From positions 1 through 33,637 of IMG/VR virus record IMGVR_UViG_3300025528_000021: a DNA stretch of 33,637 nucleotides, one strand, 5' to 3'. The position numbers and the translations under genes are program-made. The notes below the pieces were generated by a model, which saw only the letters and a program-made list of their open reading frames with translations, was not told the origin of the DNA and made no database searches. Source of the stretch: a virus. Its lineage: Duplodnaviria > Caudoviricetes. How positions within the stretch are numbered: position 1 is the stretch's first letter; each line of letters begins with the position of its first letter. Positions 1 through 10,900 of the stretch are shown in pieces.

Positions 1-330
1 CGTCCTTCTTGCATTTTTCTGAGCTTGCTCAGCAGACAGACTTCGTTCCGCTGTTCGTTCCAGCACAAGAGGAACTTCTGGCATCACTTGAGATACAGAA
101 TCGACTGCAAGCCAAATCTGTTCGTCGAACTCCGCATACTGCCTGACAACGTGAAACCCACACCGTTCGAGAACAGTCATGAAATTCGATGGGCTGATGC
201 TCTTGATCTTTAGGCTGAGATGCAATTTTACCGCAGTCTTCGACTCAGCGTATGTCCTTCCCGTCATCGCAGCCAGAATGGTCGGCGCCTGATGTTGTCG
301 GTACGGAACATCACAAACAGGATAGAGCAT
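1..330 (-). CDS. hypothetical protein (partial, runs off window start)
   Basis: Not in the ORF track. ATG at 330 preceded by a GAGGAGA RBS; frame open to base 1 (MLYPVCDVPYRQHQAPTILAAMTGRTYAESK...). Confidence 0.6.
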   Translation of the reverse strand, partial: MLYPVCDVPYRQHQAPTILAAMTGRTYAESKTAVKLHLSLKIKSISPSNFMTVLERCGFHVVRQYAEFDEQIWLAVDSVSQVMPEVPLVLERTAERSLSAEQAQKNARRT

Positions 331-462
331 TCAAATCTCCTCGTCGAAATGTCTCTATATCGCAATCGTAGCAGGCGCACAACGGAATAATCGATCCCCT
401 CGGAAGTTGCAAATATAAGTCATATAGCGTATTCGCATGAACTGGTTTTGGGGAATACATCA

Positions 463-843
463 ATGAAGAATTATTATGCAGGCTGGGAAATTCATCCGGA
501 GGACCGCGAGTGGCTGCTTGGGCTATTTTCGCCGAGCTACAGGGATATCATTGCTCACCATGTGACCTATAAATTCGGAGTCGATCAGGACTTTATCATG
601 CCCAAGGACGGCGAAGGCATCGTCGTTGGTGTAGCCGACGATGGTGAAAAGGTCCAAGCTCTGGTCGTAGAGATCGGCGGAACAACACAACGCCCGGACG
701 GCAAGGTCTATCACATAACATGGTCTATAGACCGATCCCTCGGTGCCCGGCCAGTTCATTCCAATTCGGTCATTGCCGAATTTGGGTACACCGATGTTCC
801 TCGAACACTGATCCGTTTGAAGCCATCTCTGTTCCCATTGTGA
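463..843 (+). CDS. 2H phosphoesterase family protein
   Basis: Two HxT motifs (AHHVTY, VYHITW) about 50 aa apart in a ~126-aa protein. ATG 463 chosen after a GGGGA RBS. Confidence 0.7.
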   Translation: MKNYYAGWEIHPEDREWLLGLFSPSYRDIIAHHVTYKFGVDQDFIMPKDGEGIVVGVADDGEKVQALVVEIGGTTQRPDGKVYHITWSIDRSLGARPVHSNSVIAEFGYTDVPRTLIRLKPSLFPL

Positions 844-871
844 AGGGGGAGCGCTATTCGCTCCCCCTTTT
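843..871. terminator. intrinsic terminator, likely bidirectional
   Basis: AAGGGGGAGCG-CTATT-CGCTCCCCCTT followed by TT, between convergent genes. Confidence 0.8.
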
Positions 872-872
872 G

Positions 873-1178
873 TCATAGGCGAAGCCGCGCCATCGCCAAT
901 TCGAGTTCGAAACGATCTCTGAAGCCTGGATCGAGCCTCTCCAGATCAGCAAGTGCGGTTGGGTTGTATCCCTTTGATCTCTTGATGTTGGCCGTCTCTT
1001 CTATTTCAAAAACCAGAACGAACTGTGGTCTCGTCTTCTTCTTTTGCCAAGAGCGTTTTGGTTCGCCTCCCCAGAAAATAAAAGCTTCATCCGCAACGCC
1101 ATCGATAAAAACGCAGCCCCAAATTTTGTCACTCGTCGCATTGCAGCAGTGCAGTAGTTCCGGAACTTTGTAGCTCAT
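873..1178 (-). CDS. WGR-domain-like small protein
   Basis: SDKIWG...FWG...KRSKGY pattern resembles the WGR fold (WGG in place of WGR). Confidence 0.55.
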   Translation of the reverse strand: MSYKVPELLHCCNATSDKIWGCVFIDGVADEAFIFWGGEPKRSWQKKKTRPQFVLVFEIEETANIKRSKGYNPTALADLERLDPGFRDRFELELAMARLRL

Positions 1179-1227
1179 GGATTACTCAACCCCAGAGAAA
1201 GAGAATTATAGGCGGCTTTTAGGCATC

Positions 1228-1235
1228 TATAAATA
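1228..1235 (+). promoter_or_regulatory. T4-type late promoter TATAAATA
   Basis: Exact T4 gp55 consensus ~27 nt upstream of the baseplate operon; a gp55-like sigma is in the window. Confidence 0.75.
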
Positions 1236-1262
1236 ACTACGTATATTGGCATCAGTGGACCA

Positions 1263-1655
1263 ATGGCGCAATACGTTTACAAAGGATTTAGCACTCAGAA
1301 CGCTGAGCGGACCCGTAACTGGGCGCTGTATGACATCGATTTGGTCAAACAGGATTTGATTAATCACTTCATGACACGCAAAGGCGAGCGCGTGATGCGG
1401 CCGGACTTCGGTAGCATCGTCTGGGATGCTCTGATGGAGCCCATGACTGCGCAACTGCGCCAAGAAATCATCAATGACGCTGTCCGCATCTGCAAGAGCG
1501 ATGTCCGCATCAAACTTCAGGACGTTCGCCTCTACGATCTCGATAACGGTATTCGCATCGAGATTATCGCCGAATTCGTAGGCTTCAACATCGTAGACAC
1601 GTTCTCTGTATTTTTCGAGCGCAACGAGCGCGACGCTCTTGGATACTCGGAGTAA
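1263..1655 (+). CDS. baseplate wedge protein, T4 gp25/GPW-like
   Basis: DLINHFMTRKGERVMRPDFGS...DVR motif typical of the gp25 family; 130 aa. Confidence 0.9.
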   Translation: MAQYVYKGFSTQNAERTRNWALYDIDLVKQDLINHFMTRKGERVMRPDFGSIVWDALMEPMTAQLRQEIINDAVRICKSDVRIKLQDVRLYDLDNGIRIEIIAEFVGFNIVDTFSVFFERNERDALGYSE

Positions 1656-1658
1656 TAA

Positions 1659-4600
1659 ATGTCCCAATCATATCGTCAGACAGAACTTTTCGCCGGACAC
1701 GATTGGCAGGTCCTCTACAGAGCCTTCGATAGTATCAATTTCAATGCGTCGGACCCCGGATCGATCAATATGGCGATGCGGGAATACATTCGCGCCAACT
1801 ATGCGGAGGACTTCTCCGACTGGATTGAGTCATCCGAGTTCGTCGCCATCATCGACCTTCTGGCGTGGCTGGCGGGCAATCTCGCTATCAAGTCGGACAT
1901 CGCGGCCAGAGAGAACTTCCTTGAGACAGCGGAAGCACGTGAATCCATCCTTCGCCTGGCCCGGTTCCTGTCGTACCGACCGAAGAGAAACTACCCGGCG
2001 CGCGGCCTGCTGAAGATCATCGAGCTTCAAACCAACGATGACGTTTTCGACGCGGTGGGTGTCAATCTCGCCAACCGGCGCCTCATCTGGAACAACCCGG
2101 ACGATCCCGACTGGGCCGAGCGGTTCGTACTCGTTCTCAACAGTGCGATCGTGAACCAGTTCGGAGTTCCGCTGAAGACCGGCAGCATGGATGGGGTCCA
2201 GACGCAGCTCTACAGGTTCAACGGCGACCTAAACATGGCCTCACTGAGCTTCTCGGCGAACGTGTCCGGCCAGAGCATGGAGTTCGAGGTCATCAACGGT
2301 GATTTCGATAGCGACAAGGGCTTTTTCGAGCGTACGCCTGACCTCCTCTCCTCCTCCCTGCACCTCATCTACAGGTCGGACGGAAACGGCGCCGCCAGCC
2401 CGCGCACGGGCTTCTTCGTTCCGTTCAAGCAGGGGCGCCTTCAGTACACCGATCAGATCATCGACTACCCGGCCGAGAACCAGGTCTTCGACATAGCCAT
2501 CGACGGCATCAACGAGACGGACGTTTGGGTTCAGACGATCAACGATAACGGCGAGGTCGAGGAGAACTGGACACAGGTCCCGGCAGTTTTCTCCGAGAAC
2601 ATCACGTTCAACTCGGTTGGTGCCGCGACGCGGACCATCTACTCGGTCGTGACCCGTGACCGCGACCAGATTTCCCTGCGCTTCGCTGACGGCCGCTTCG
2701 GCAAGGCCCCTGTGGGCAGGATGCGTTTCTGGTTCCGCTCGTCCAACGGTCTTGAGTACCAAATCCGGCCGATCGACATGCAGCGCATCCAGGTCACGGT
2801 GCCTTATTACAACCGGCTCGGGACGCTGAAGACGCTGACGATGGTTCTCGCCCTTGTGGAGCCGGTCTCGAACTCGACTGCGAGTGAGAGTGACGAGCAG
2901 ATCAAGCGTCGTGCTCCCCTGGTCTACGCCACGCAGGACCGAATGGTCTCGGGGGAGGACTACAACACCTACGTGCTCCAGTCGAACCTGGCCACCAAGA
3001 TCAAGTCTCTGGTGCGCGTCTATCCGGGCCACACCAGGCATCTGGACATGCATGACCCGACCGGATCGTACCAGGGCATCACGGCCTTTGCCGACGATGG
3101 CATGTTCTACAAGGAACGCACGACCTCATATTCCGAGGTTCCGGTTTCCGAAAACAAGACGGCAAACGAGCTGATCGACACGATCATCTTGCCGATGTTG
3201 CAGGAGACGAGCGTGAAGAACGTCGTGCAGGACTACCTTCTTCGCCAGGCTCGTTCCGGAAACATCATCATCCCGCAGTCGATGCGCTGGAAGAAGGCCA
3301 ACGAGGGCCGGTTCTACTCGACTGGGTGGGTCACCCAGTACAGTGATCTGATCGCCCCAGGCGCGAGCGTCCTCGTCGAGAAGAATGGCATCTCGAAGTG
3401 GGTGAACGTCCGCGACATCCTCGGCACTGACATGACGGCATCCGTTCCGGATGGTGTGCCCGGTCCGATCCTTCTTTCGGAGCCGGTTGAGGATGACAGC
3501 AATGTCGTGATGATCGTCCCTGCCTATGCGCCGAACATGGGCGACGATGTTCTGCGGAGCATCCGAGGGAAGTTGATGAATAACCTGTCCTTCTCCCTCT
3601 GGTATGACTACGCACCTGATGGCGAGACCCACTGGGTAGTCAGGAATCCTGAGACGCTAGAAACACAGCCACAGGTCATCGATACGCGCATCAAGCTGAT
3701 GACGGTCGATTACATCGCTGGCTCTGTCTGGCGCTTCCGCACACCGGGCCTGAGGTACGTCTTCGAGTCCCTGAAGAAGGTTCGCTTCTTCTACGACGGC
3801 GCTCGCACCATCGATCCTGATACGCGTCAGCAGGTCTCCGACCTGGTCCGCATCCTGCGTATCAACGAGAAGCCCCAAGGCGGCCTCCCCCTCGGTCGAG
3901 ACTATGACCTGGCTCTGATCAAGCCGATGATGCAGCCCAACGGTTATTCGGACCCGCGACGGATAGAGGTCGTCTTCAATGACAAGGACGAGGACGGTTT
4001 CCCGGACGATCCGGATACCTATTACCATGTCGTCGGAGAGGCAGGTCCCAACACCCTCCTGTTCTGGGAGAGAAACGACGACGGGGACTATGTCCCGACC
4101 TCCAACATCTGGGTCTATGAGCGAAGCGGTGATCGCGAGGCGTTGCCAGCGCCCGTGGGTACAATTGCCTTCCAGATCGAGGGAGACAATCCCGAAACCT
4201 TCTGGCTCATGCGCGAGGCTGGTTGGGAGCAGCAGTTCCGCCGCTTCAAGTTCGCGACAGGTCGTGGACCCAACGTGGCCCGGAAGTGGATCAAGGCTGG
4301 TGGCGATACGCTGACCCCCTCCCCTGTCGGTTCGGCAATGTTCTTCCAGTGGAAGCACTATGCGCCTTCGGATCGGCGCATCGACCCGGCCCGGACCACG
4401 ATCATCGACACCTTCGTCCTGACGAGCGAGTACGACCGGCTCACGAGGCGCTGGATCGCTGCCGGTGCCAAACCTGAAGACATGCCGGTTCCACCGACAG
4501 ACACCGAGCTGCGTACGACCTTCGGTGAGTATGCCGAAAAGAAGATGTTCTCTGACGAGATCATCTGGCGCCCTGCCCGGTATAAGTTCCTGTTCGGAAG

Positions 4601-4952
4601 ATCAGCCGACCCAGCTCTTCGTGCCAAGTTCAAAGTCATCAAGCTTCCGAATTCGGTGCTTTCGGATGGAGAGATAAAAACTAGGGTGATAAATTCTATT
4701 GATGAATATTTCAACGTTGACTACTGGGACTTCGGTGAGACGTTCTATTACACTGAGCTTGCCGCTTTCATTCATCATCGCCTCGCCAATGCTGTTGCGT
4801 CTGTGGTGATCGTTCCTCTTCAGGAGACGAGCGCCTTCGGCGACGGGTTCGAGGTGCGATGCCGTCCCGATGAACTGTTCATTTCCACTGCAACAGTTGA
4901 AGACGTCGAGATCATCAGTGCGAATACACATACGAATTTGAGAATTAGATAA
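1659..4952 (+). CDS. baseplate wedge subunit, T4 gp6-like
   Basis: ENFLETAEARESILRLARFLSY, FADGRFGKAP and ESDEQIKRRAP...QDRMVSGEDY motifs; follows gp25. Confidence 0.85.
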   Translation: MSQSYRQTELFAGHDWQVLYRAFDSINFNASDPGSINMAMREYIRANYAEDFSDWIESSEFVAIIDLLAWLAGNLAIKSDIAARENFLETAEARESILRLARFLSYRPKRNYPARGLLKIIELQTNDDVFDAVGVNLANRRLIWNNPDDPDWAERFVLVLNSAIVNQFGVPLKTGSMDGVQTQLYRFNGDLNMASLSFSANVSGQSMEFEVINGDFDSDKGFFERTPDLLSSSLHLIYRSDGNGAASPRTGFFVPFKQGRLQYTDQIIDYPAENQVFDIAIDGINETDVWVQTINDNGEVEENWTQVPAVFSENITFNSVGAATRTIYSVVTRDRDQISLRFADGRFGKAPVGRMRFWFRSSNGLEYQIRPIDMQRIQVTVPYYNRLGTLKTLTMVLALVEPVSNSTASESDEQIKRRAPLVYATQDRMVSGEDYNTYVLQSNLATKIKSLVRVYPGHTRHLDMHDPTGSYQGITAFADDGMFYKERTTSYSEVPVSENKTANELIDTIILPMLQETSVKNVVQDYLLRQARSGNIIIPQSMRWKKANEGRFYSTGWVTQYSDLIAPGASVLVEKNGISKWVNVRDILGTDMTASVPDGVPGPILLSEPVEDDSNVVMIVPAYAPNMGDDVLRSIRGKLMNNLSFSLWYDYAPDGETHWVVRNPETLETQPQVIDTRIKLMTVDYIAGSVWRFRTPGLRYVFESLKKVRFFYDGARTIDPDTRQQVSDLVRILRINEKPQGGLPLGRDYDLALIKPMMQPNGYSDPRRIEVVFNDKDEDGFPDDPDTYYHVVGEAGPNTLLFWERNDDGDYVPTSNIWVYERSGDREALPAPVGTIAFQIEGDNPETFWLMREAGWEQQFRRFKFATGRGPNVARKWIKAGGDTLTPSPVGSAMFFQWKHYAPSDRRIDPARTTIIDTFVLTSEYDRLTRRWIAAGAKPEDMPVPPTDTELRTTFGEYAEKKMFSDEIIWRPARYKFLFGRSADPALRAKFKVIKLPNSVLSDGEIKTRVINSIDEYFNVDYWDFGETFYYTELAAFIHHRLANAVASVVIVPLQETSAFGDGFEVRCRPDELFISTATVEDVEIISANTHTNLRIR

Positions 4953-7900
4953 TGGAAAAGCGTCGCGTAATTCAGCTTCTCCCACAGGTTCATCAGACGG
5001 AGACACTCAAGAAGTTCTTCGGGGCTACGATTGACCACCTCTTCCAGAACGGTGCGTCGGAACATATTTCGGGATACATTGGTGCCAAACCGAGTTACTT
5101 CGACCCCAATAAGGACTTCTACGTTCCGGAGCCGACCACCCAGCGCGCGGAGTATCAGCTGGAGCCCGCCCTCATATCCCGCAACAAGGATGGAGAAGCA
5201 ACGCATATCTTCTTCTATGATGACCTGATCAACTATCTCAAGAGCGTAAACGCGTTCACGAACAATCACCATAGATTGTTCGCCGACGAGTACTACAATT
5301 GGGCACCTCCGGTTGATATCGACAAGCTCATGAACCCGAGCCAGTATTACTGGTTCGGTGACGATCCGGAAGCAATCCCTGTCTGCATTCTTCGGTCGGA
5401 GTTCAGGAAATACGTAGGCGACGGCGTTGAGGTTTCCTTCGAGCTGCCGGGAAAGGCCAGCTACGCTTCCGGTGAGGAGGTGCCTGAAAGGTACGAGACC
5501 CCATGTGCCTTCGTTGACGGCATGCCCGTCGTGGCCGAGGTCGATGGAGATAACATCGTCCTCGAAACGGCTCCTCCGGAAGGCGCCGATGTCACGGTCT
5601 TCCGCTATGGCGACCTCACGGCTCTCTTCGATGGCCGTCCGATGGTCGATGTGACTGCGTGGCTCCCGGACAACTCGCCCATCCAGACGATCACCAGCGG
5701 CCTGCGCATTCGGCTGGATGACGGTGTTTCGTTTTTCCAGGGATGGGACACGCTGCCGTGGGAGACACTGTTCCTGAAGCAGCCAATCCGTTGCAGCCAG
5801 AATTACGAAATCGGTTGGGACCAGTACAAGCGATCCGCGACCCACTGGGTCGAGGGTGTCGGCTCGAAGGCTGAACTTGTCCCCTTCCAGGAGAAGATGA
5901 CGATCCCCGGTAACGGCGAGCCGATCTACGTTGTTATCGACCGCCGCTCGCGCGACCGTAACCCGTGGAGTATCAACAACTTCTGGGTTCACAAGGATGC
6001 CGTTGAATGGGCCGGTGAGACCTTCACCGAGCGAAAGGCCAAGCGCCCGATCATCGAGTTCGTGCCGAACATCGAGCTCGCCAACTACGGAACTCGTTAC
6101 ACCGGCGAGATCAGCGCCCTTCTGACGGGAGAACTTCAGTACCTGCGGGTCCCGCTGGACGATCCGGAGGACTTCATGGCGGTCTCGGACTGGGATGTCC
6201 TTCCCTATGACGAGCAGCCGTACGAGGCCTCCGGCTTCGAGAACATCTCGGTCTTCGAAGCTAACGGCAAGCCGGTCGGGACGCTTTTCACCGACATCGG
6301 CCGCATGGTCCGGTTCGGCGACCGCATCCTGGCCCTCGACGTGGAAGATCAGCGGGTCCGTTCCCGCATCATCGAAATCTATCGCGGCGAGACCGTCGAG
6401 GATGTCGAACTCGAAGACGGCATTATCACCACATCCATTGAGAGCTTTGCGGTTGTTCTCAGCGATTTTCCGCGAAAAGGTGACATCGTCCGCCTGCCTG
6501 TGCTCGGTCACATCCCGTTTGACAACCGTTTCGGATACGACAAGCAACCTTGGGTCTACTCGGACCAGCCGGTTGATTTCTATTTTGACGGCACCCAGTG
6601 GCAGGTGGGCCAAAAGAGGAATTTCGAGGATAGCGATCCGCTGTTCGCCCTCTACACGCATGAAAGAATTTCTCACGCCGATATTCCTGGCTCGGAATTC
6701 GCCGGGAACCGCCTCTTCGGTTTTGCAAAGGGTTCGGGTGTCGTCGATACGGTGACGGGTCGGCCGCTCGTCTATGAAAGTTTCGGGTCGTCCCGCGCCG
6801 AAATCCTTTTCGAAAATGACATCGTCACACGCAAGACGGTCGTGAACGGGGAGAAAATCAAGGGACTCCAGTTCTACCGCATCGCTGGTGAGACGCCCGA
6901 GGAGGACGTTTACGGCTCCGGATGGCATGCCACGGCCGAGAAAGTGCCTCCGCGCATGCGTGGCGATCTTTTCCTTGTCCCGATGAGCCTCTCAGCGAAC
7001 CCGGACAACGACGAGCCGACGACGATCTCCCGTGGTCACTGGTTCGATCACTTCTCGGTGCTGATTGCGCGTCAGGAAGGCTTCCAGGGCGTCGCTTATC
7101 GCAACAACAACTGGCGTGACACGCGTCGCTCGGTCGGCCCTGGTTTCCAGGCGGCCGGGCTCTGGGATGGCATTGTCGATTACAAGGCTGGTGACACTGT
7201 TTCCTACAACGCCATCGTCTATCGCTGCCTCAAGGATCACCGCTCGGGCGAGAAATTCGAGGCTGAAAACTGGGAGGAACGTCCCCTTCCGTCCATCGTT
7301 CAGCATCGCTCCCCGCTGCTGCGAACGATGCTTCTGGCCTCTGACAAACGGTTCGACTACCTCGACACCGTTCGCTTCGTCGATAGCGAGTATCAGCGCT
7401 TCCGCAACAAGTTCATCGCGCAGGTCGTCGAGCTCCACACAACCGGTGCCCTTCTTGAAACAGACGATGATGCCGTCTGGGTCGATACCATCCTCAATGC
7501 GCTGCGCATCACCAAGACGAACGAGTTCCCGTTCTCGCTATCTACGGTGGGTGGTGGACAATATTTCATACCGCCCTCGCCGTCCGCTCTGGGGCTACTG
7601 CCTGTCGTCGAGCCCGGTATGGAGATCGATGACACCTACGGAGAGCCGGTGCCGATCATTCGGGGTCACGATGGGTCACGGTCGTTTGCCTTCGGTGACA
7701 TCCGCGACCGTATTCTTCTGGCCCTTGAGACGCTGATCTGGCGGAACATCGACAGTTCGTTCAAGACGGACGCCAAGCCGGAATTCGATTTCGCCGATCT
7801 CGTCGAAAGCAGAGCCCGCCTCACCAATAAGGGTAATGTGATCACGCGCGGCGATCCGAACCCATGTGACGCAAACAACGACCCGGTTGAACTGGATCGC

Positions 7901-10900
7901 GAGACATACTCTCAGGAGGAATACGTCCGCCTCTACACACCGATCTTCATGCGCTGGGCGCAGCTCAATGGATACGACTACAAGGCTCACAACGACTACG
8001 TCGAGGACGATCCCTTTACCTGGAACTATCGCGGCGTGAAGGATCGCGACGGCGTCGAGATGCCTGGTAACTGGCGAGCCATTTATCGCTGGTGGTTCGA
8101 CACGGATCGGCCGCACCTGGCTCCGTGGGAGATGCTCGGCTTTGCCAGCAAACCGTCATGGTGGGACAACGAGTACGGTCCTGCCCCATACACGAGCGGC
8201 AACCTGCCGATGTGGGAGGACATCCGCGACGGCATCATCCGCCACGGTGAGCGCAAGGGCGTCGATGCCCGCTTCCGCCGCCCTGACCTCCTTGAGGTAT
8301 TGCCGGTGGATGACCAGGGAAGGCTCCTCGATCCCATTGCGGCCGGGATCATCCCCGAGCCGCCGTCCATGGAGGACGCCAAGCGCGAATGGCGGGTTGG
8401 TGATCACGGACCCGTCGAGAACATCTGGATCAACTCGGCCTCCTATCCGTTCGCCAAGGCGCAGGTGGGCTACCTGATGCGTCCGGCTGAATGGATCGAG
8501 ACCGGCTGGGATCGTCTCAACCGTGTTCGCCTGCCCGACGGCCAGTGGATCAACCGGTCCTATGGAAACCGCCCGCGTGGCGCCGAGGAGCTCATCCATG
8601 GCGAGATCGACGAAGACGGCAATCGTGTTGTCCGTGTCGGCATCCAGCAGTGGATCAGCGACTACATGGCTTCAAATTCTCAGTCGCCGTCGATCCTCGG
8701 CGATGCAATCAGGGGTATGTCGGTCAGTCTCGCCCACAAGATGGCGGGCTTCACGAACGCCAAAAACCTTCGTGTGTTTGCCGACAATTTCGGTCTACTG
8801 CCCCCCGAGAACGTCGAAGTTCTCCTTCATTCCTCTGCTCCGATCCGAGAAGCCGTATATTCGGGTGTACTGATCGAGTGGACCGGCGAAGGCTGGAAGA
8901 TCATTGGCTACGATACCGTCAAGGAAGGCTTCTGTATCATTGGTGATCCCAATGAGGTTCCGGGAGACAAAGGTAGCGATGGCTCCAAGCAGCGTGTGAT
9001 TTCACTCGGCGAGGACACGCCGATCTACGAGTGGCGTCCGAACGTCTATTACCAGACGAACCAAATCGTCGAGTACCAGAAGTCTTATTATCGCGCCATC
9101 CGAGCGCATACGGCATCGGCCCAGTTCGAGGATGAGTATTGGTCTCCTCAGCCGGGTGAAATGACCAAGAAATTTCCGAAAGTTGTCATTCAGGAACGTA
9201 ACGTCGAGTGGAAGAACCCCGACTACAAGGATGTCGTCTACAAGTACGTCCCGTATTCGACCGTTTTCAAGACCCAGACAGAACTCGCCCAGTTCCTCTG
9301 GGACTATGGTCTGACGCTTGAGCGAGAGGGTTTCGTTTTCGACGAGGTCGATCCTGTCACGGGAGAGGTCCTGAACTGGGAGTACGCCATCCGAGAGTTC
9401 CTGAAGTGGGCTCAGATGGACTGGCAGCCTGGTAATTTCATAGCGCTGTCGCCGGGTGCCTCAACGCTGAAGTTCGTGTCTCGTCATGGCACTGTCTACA
9501 ATGTCGAGAAAACCCACAACGGCGTATACGGCCTGCTGAACCGTACCGGTGCGCCCATTCCGCCGCGTTCAACCTTCATTTCGCGCCTCGACGACGAGAC
9601 GAAGATTATCACGACGACGGACGATCTCTTCGCCGCCCGTCTGCACATTGGTGAGATCGAGCACATCCTGGTCTTCTCCGACCGGACGATCTTCAACGAC
9701 ATCGTCTATGCGCCGCTCTACAACCTCCGCCAGCCGCGCCTGCGTCTCATTGGCCAACGCTCGGCCGACTGGAAGGGGCGTCTGGATGCGCCCGGCTATG
9801 TCATCTCCGGCAGCGAAATGCTCGCCAACTATGATCGCGCGAGCGAGAACATCCGCGTCATGTATGACATTGAGAGGTCGGAAGATCGCAATTTCCGCGA
9901 CTACGCCCGGCATCAGATCGGTTACCAGACACGGAAATACCTCGACAACCTCCTGCTTAGCGAGACGCAGCAGTTCGAGACCTATCAGGGCATGATTCAG
10001 TCGAAGGGTTCGGCGGACACACTCAACCGTCTGACCCGTTCGCAGGTCATCGACGACAAGCGGCAGCTCGGTTTCCTTGAAGAGTGGGCGTTCCAGGTCG
10101 GCCGCTACGGTGCGCTCAACAAACGCCAGCGGGTCAGTTTCAGGCTGCTGAAGAGTGACATCCGCAACAACCCGCAACAGATCACCTTCGCCAGTGGCAA
10201 CCCGTTTGACGCCTTTGTCGATGTCCCGGCTGACAGTGACCGGTGGGTAGAGCGCCCGGCCACCCTGGAGATGTTCAGAACCCGCGATCACAAGGATGAG
10301 TTCGTCGGTATCGGTTCGCCCCTCACCCGCCCGTGGGTGGATGATCTGCCGACGGCTGGCCCTGTCCGCATCGACGAAATCCACTTCACGGTGGCCCAAT
10401 ACTCCGCGTTCCCGCGTCTCTACGACCTGGTCTCCATGGGCGTCGGCAACGAGTTTGGAGCCGGTACCCGCATCTGGGTCTACGACACCCTGAAGCGCGA
10501 CATCTCCTGGGATGTCCTTCAGCTATATCCGATCTCGACCGACACCACTTACCTCAAACGCATCGAGGGTATCGAGGAGGACGGCAACCTGATCGGTCAG
10601 TTCCGGATGGTTTTCTCGCAGCCGCATGGACTGACCGAGGATGACACGGGCATCTACATCCTCATCAGTGACACAACGGACACGGAACCCGATGTGGCTG
10701 GCTTCCACCGTGTCGGCCGTGTCGAGAGCGACCAGACGCTGATCATCGACGAGTATCTCGACCGTGGTGCGGACTACACCACGACCATCCGGCCTGTTGT
10801 TTACGTCCTGCGCTCCCAGCGCTTCGCCAGCACTGAGGCCCGCGACGCCTTCTATGAGCGGTTCCCGGCTCGTCATGGAGATATCTGCTATGTCCAGCCG

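Noticed and set aside
4820-6928. 702-aa antisense ORF and many other overlapping ORFs
   Set aside because: Shadow frames expected from GC-rich codon bias opposite real genes; no recognisable motifs.
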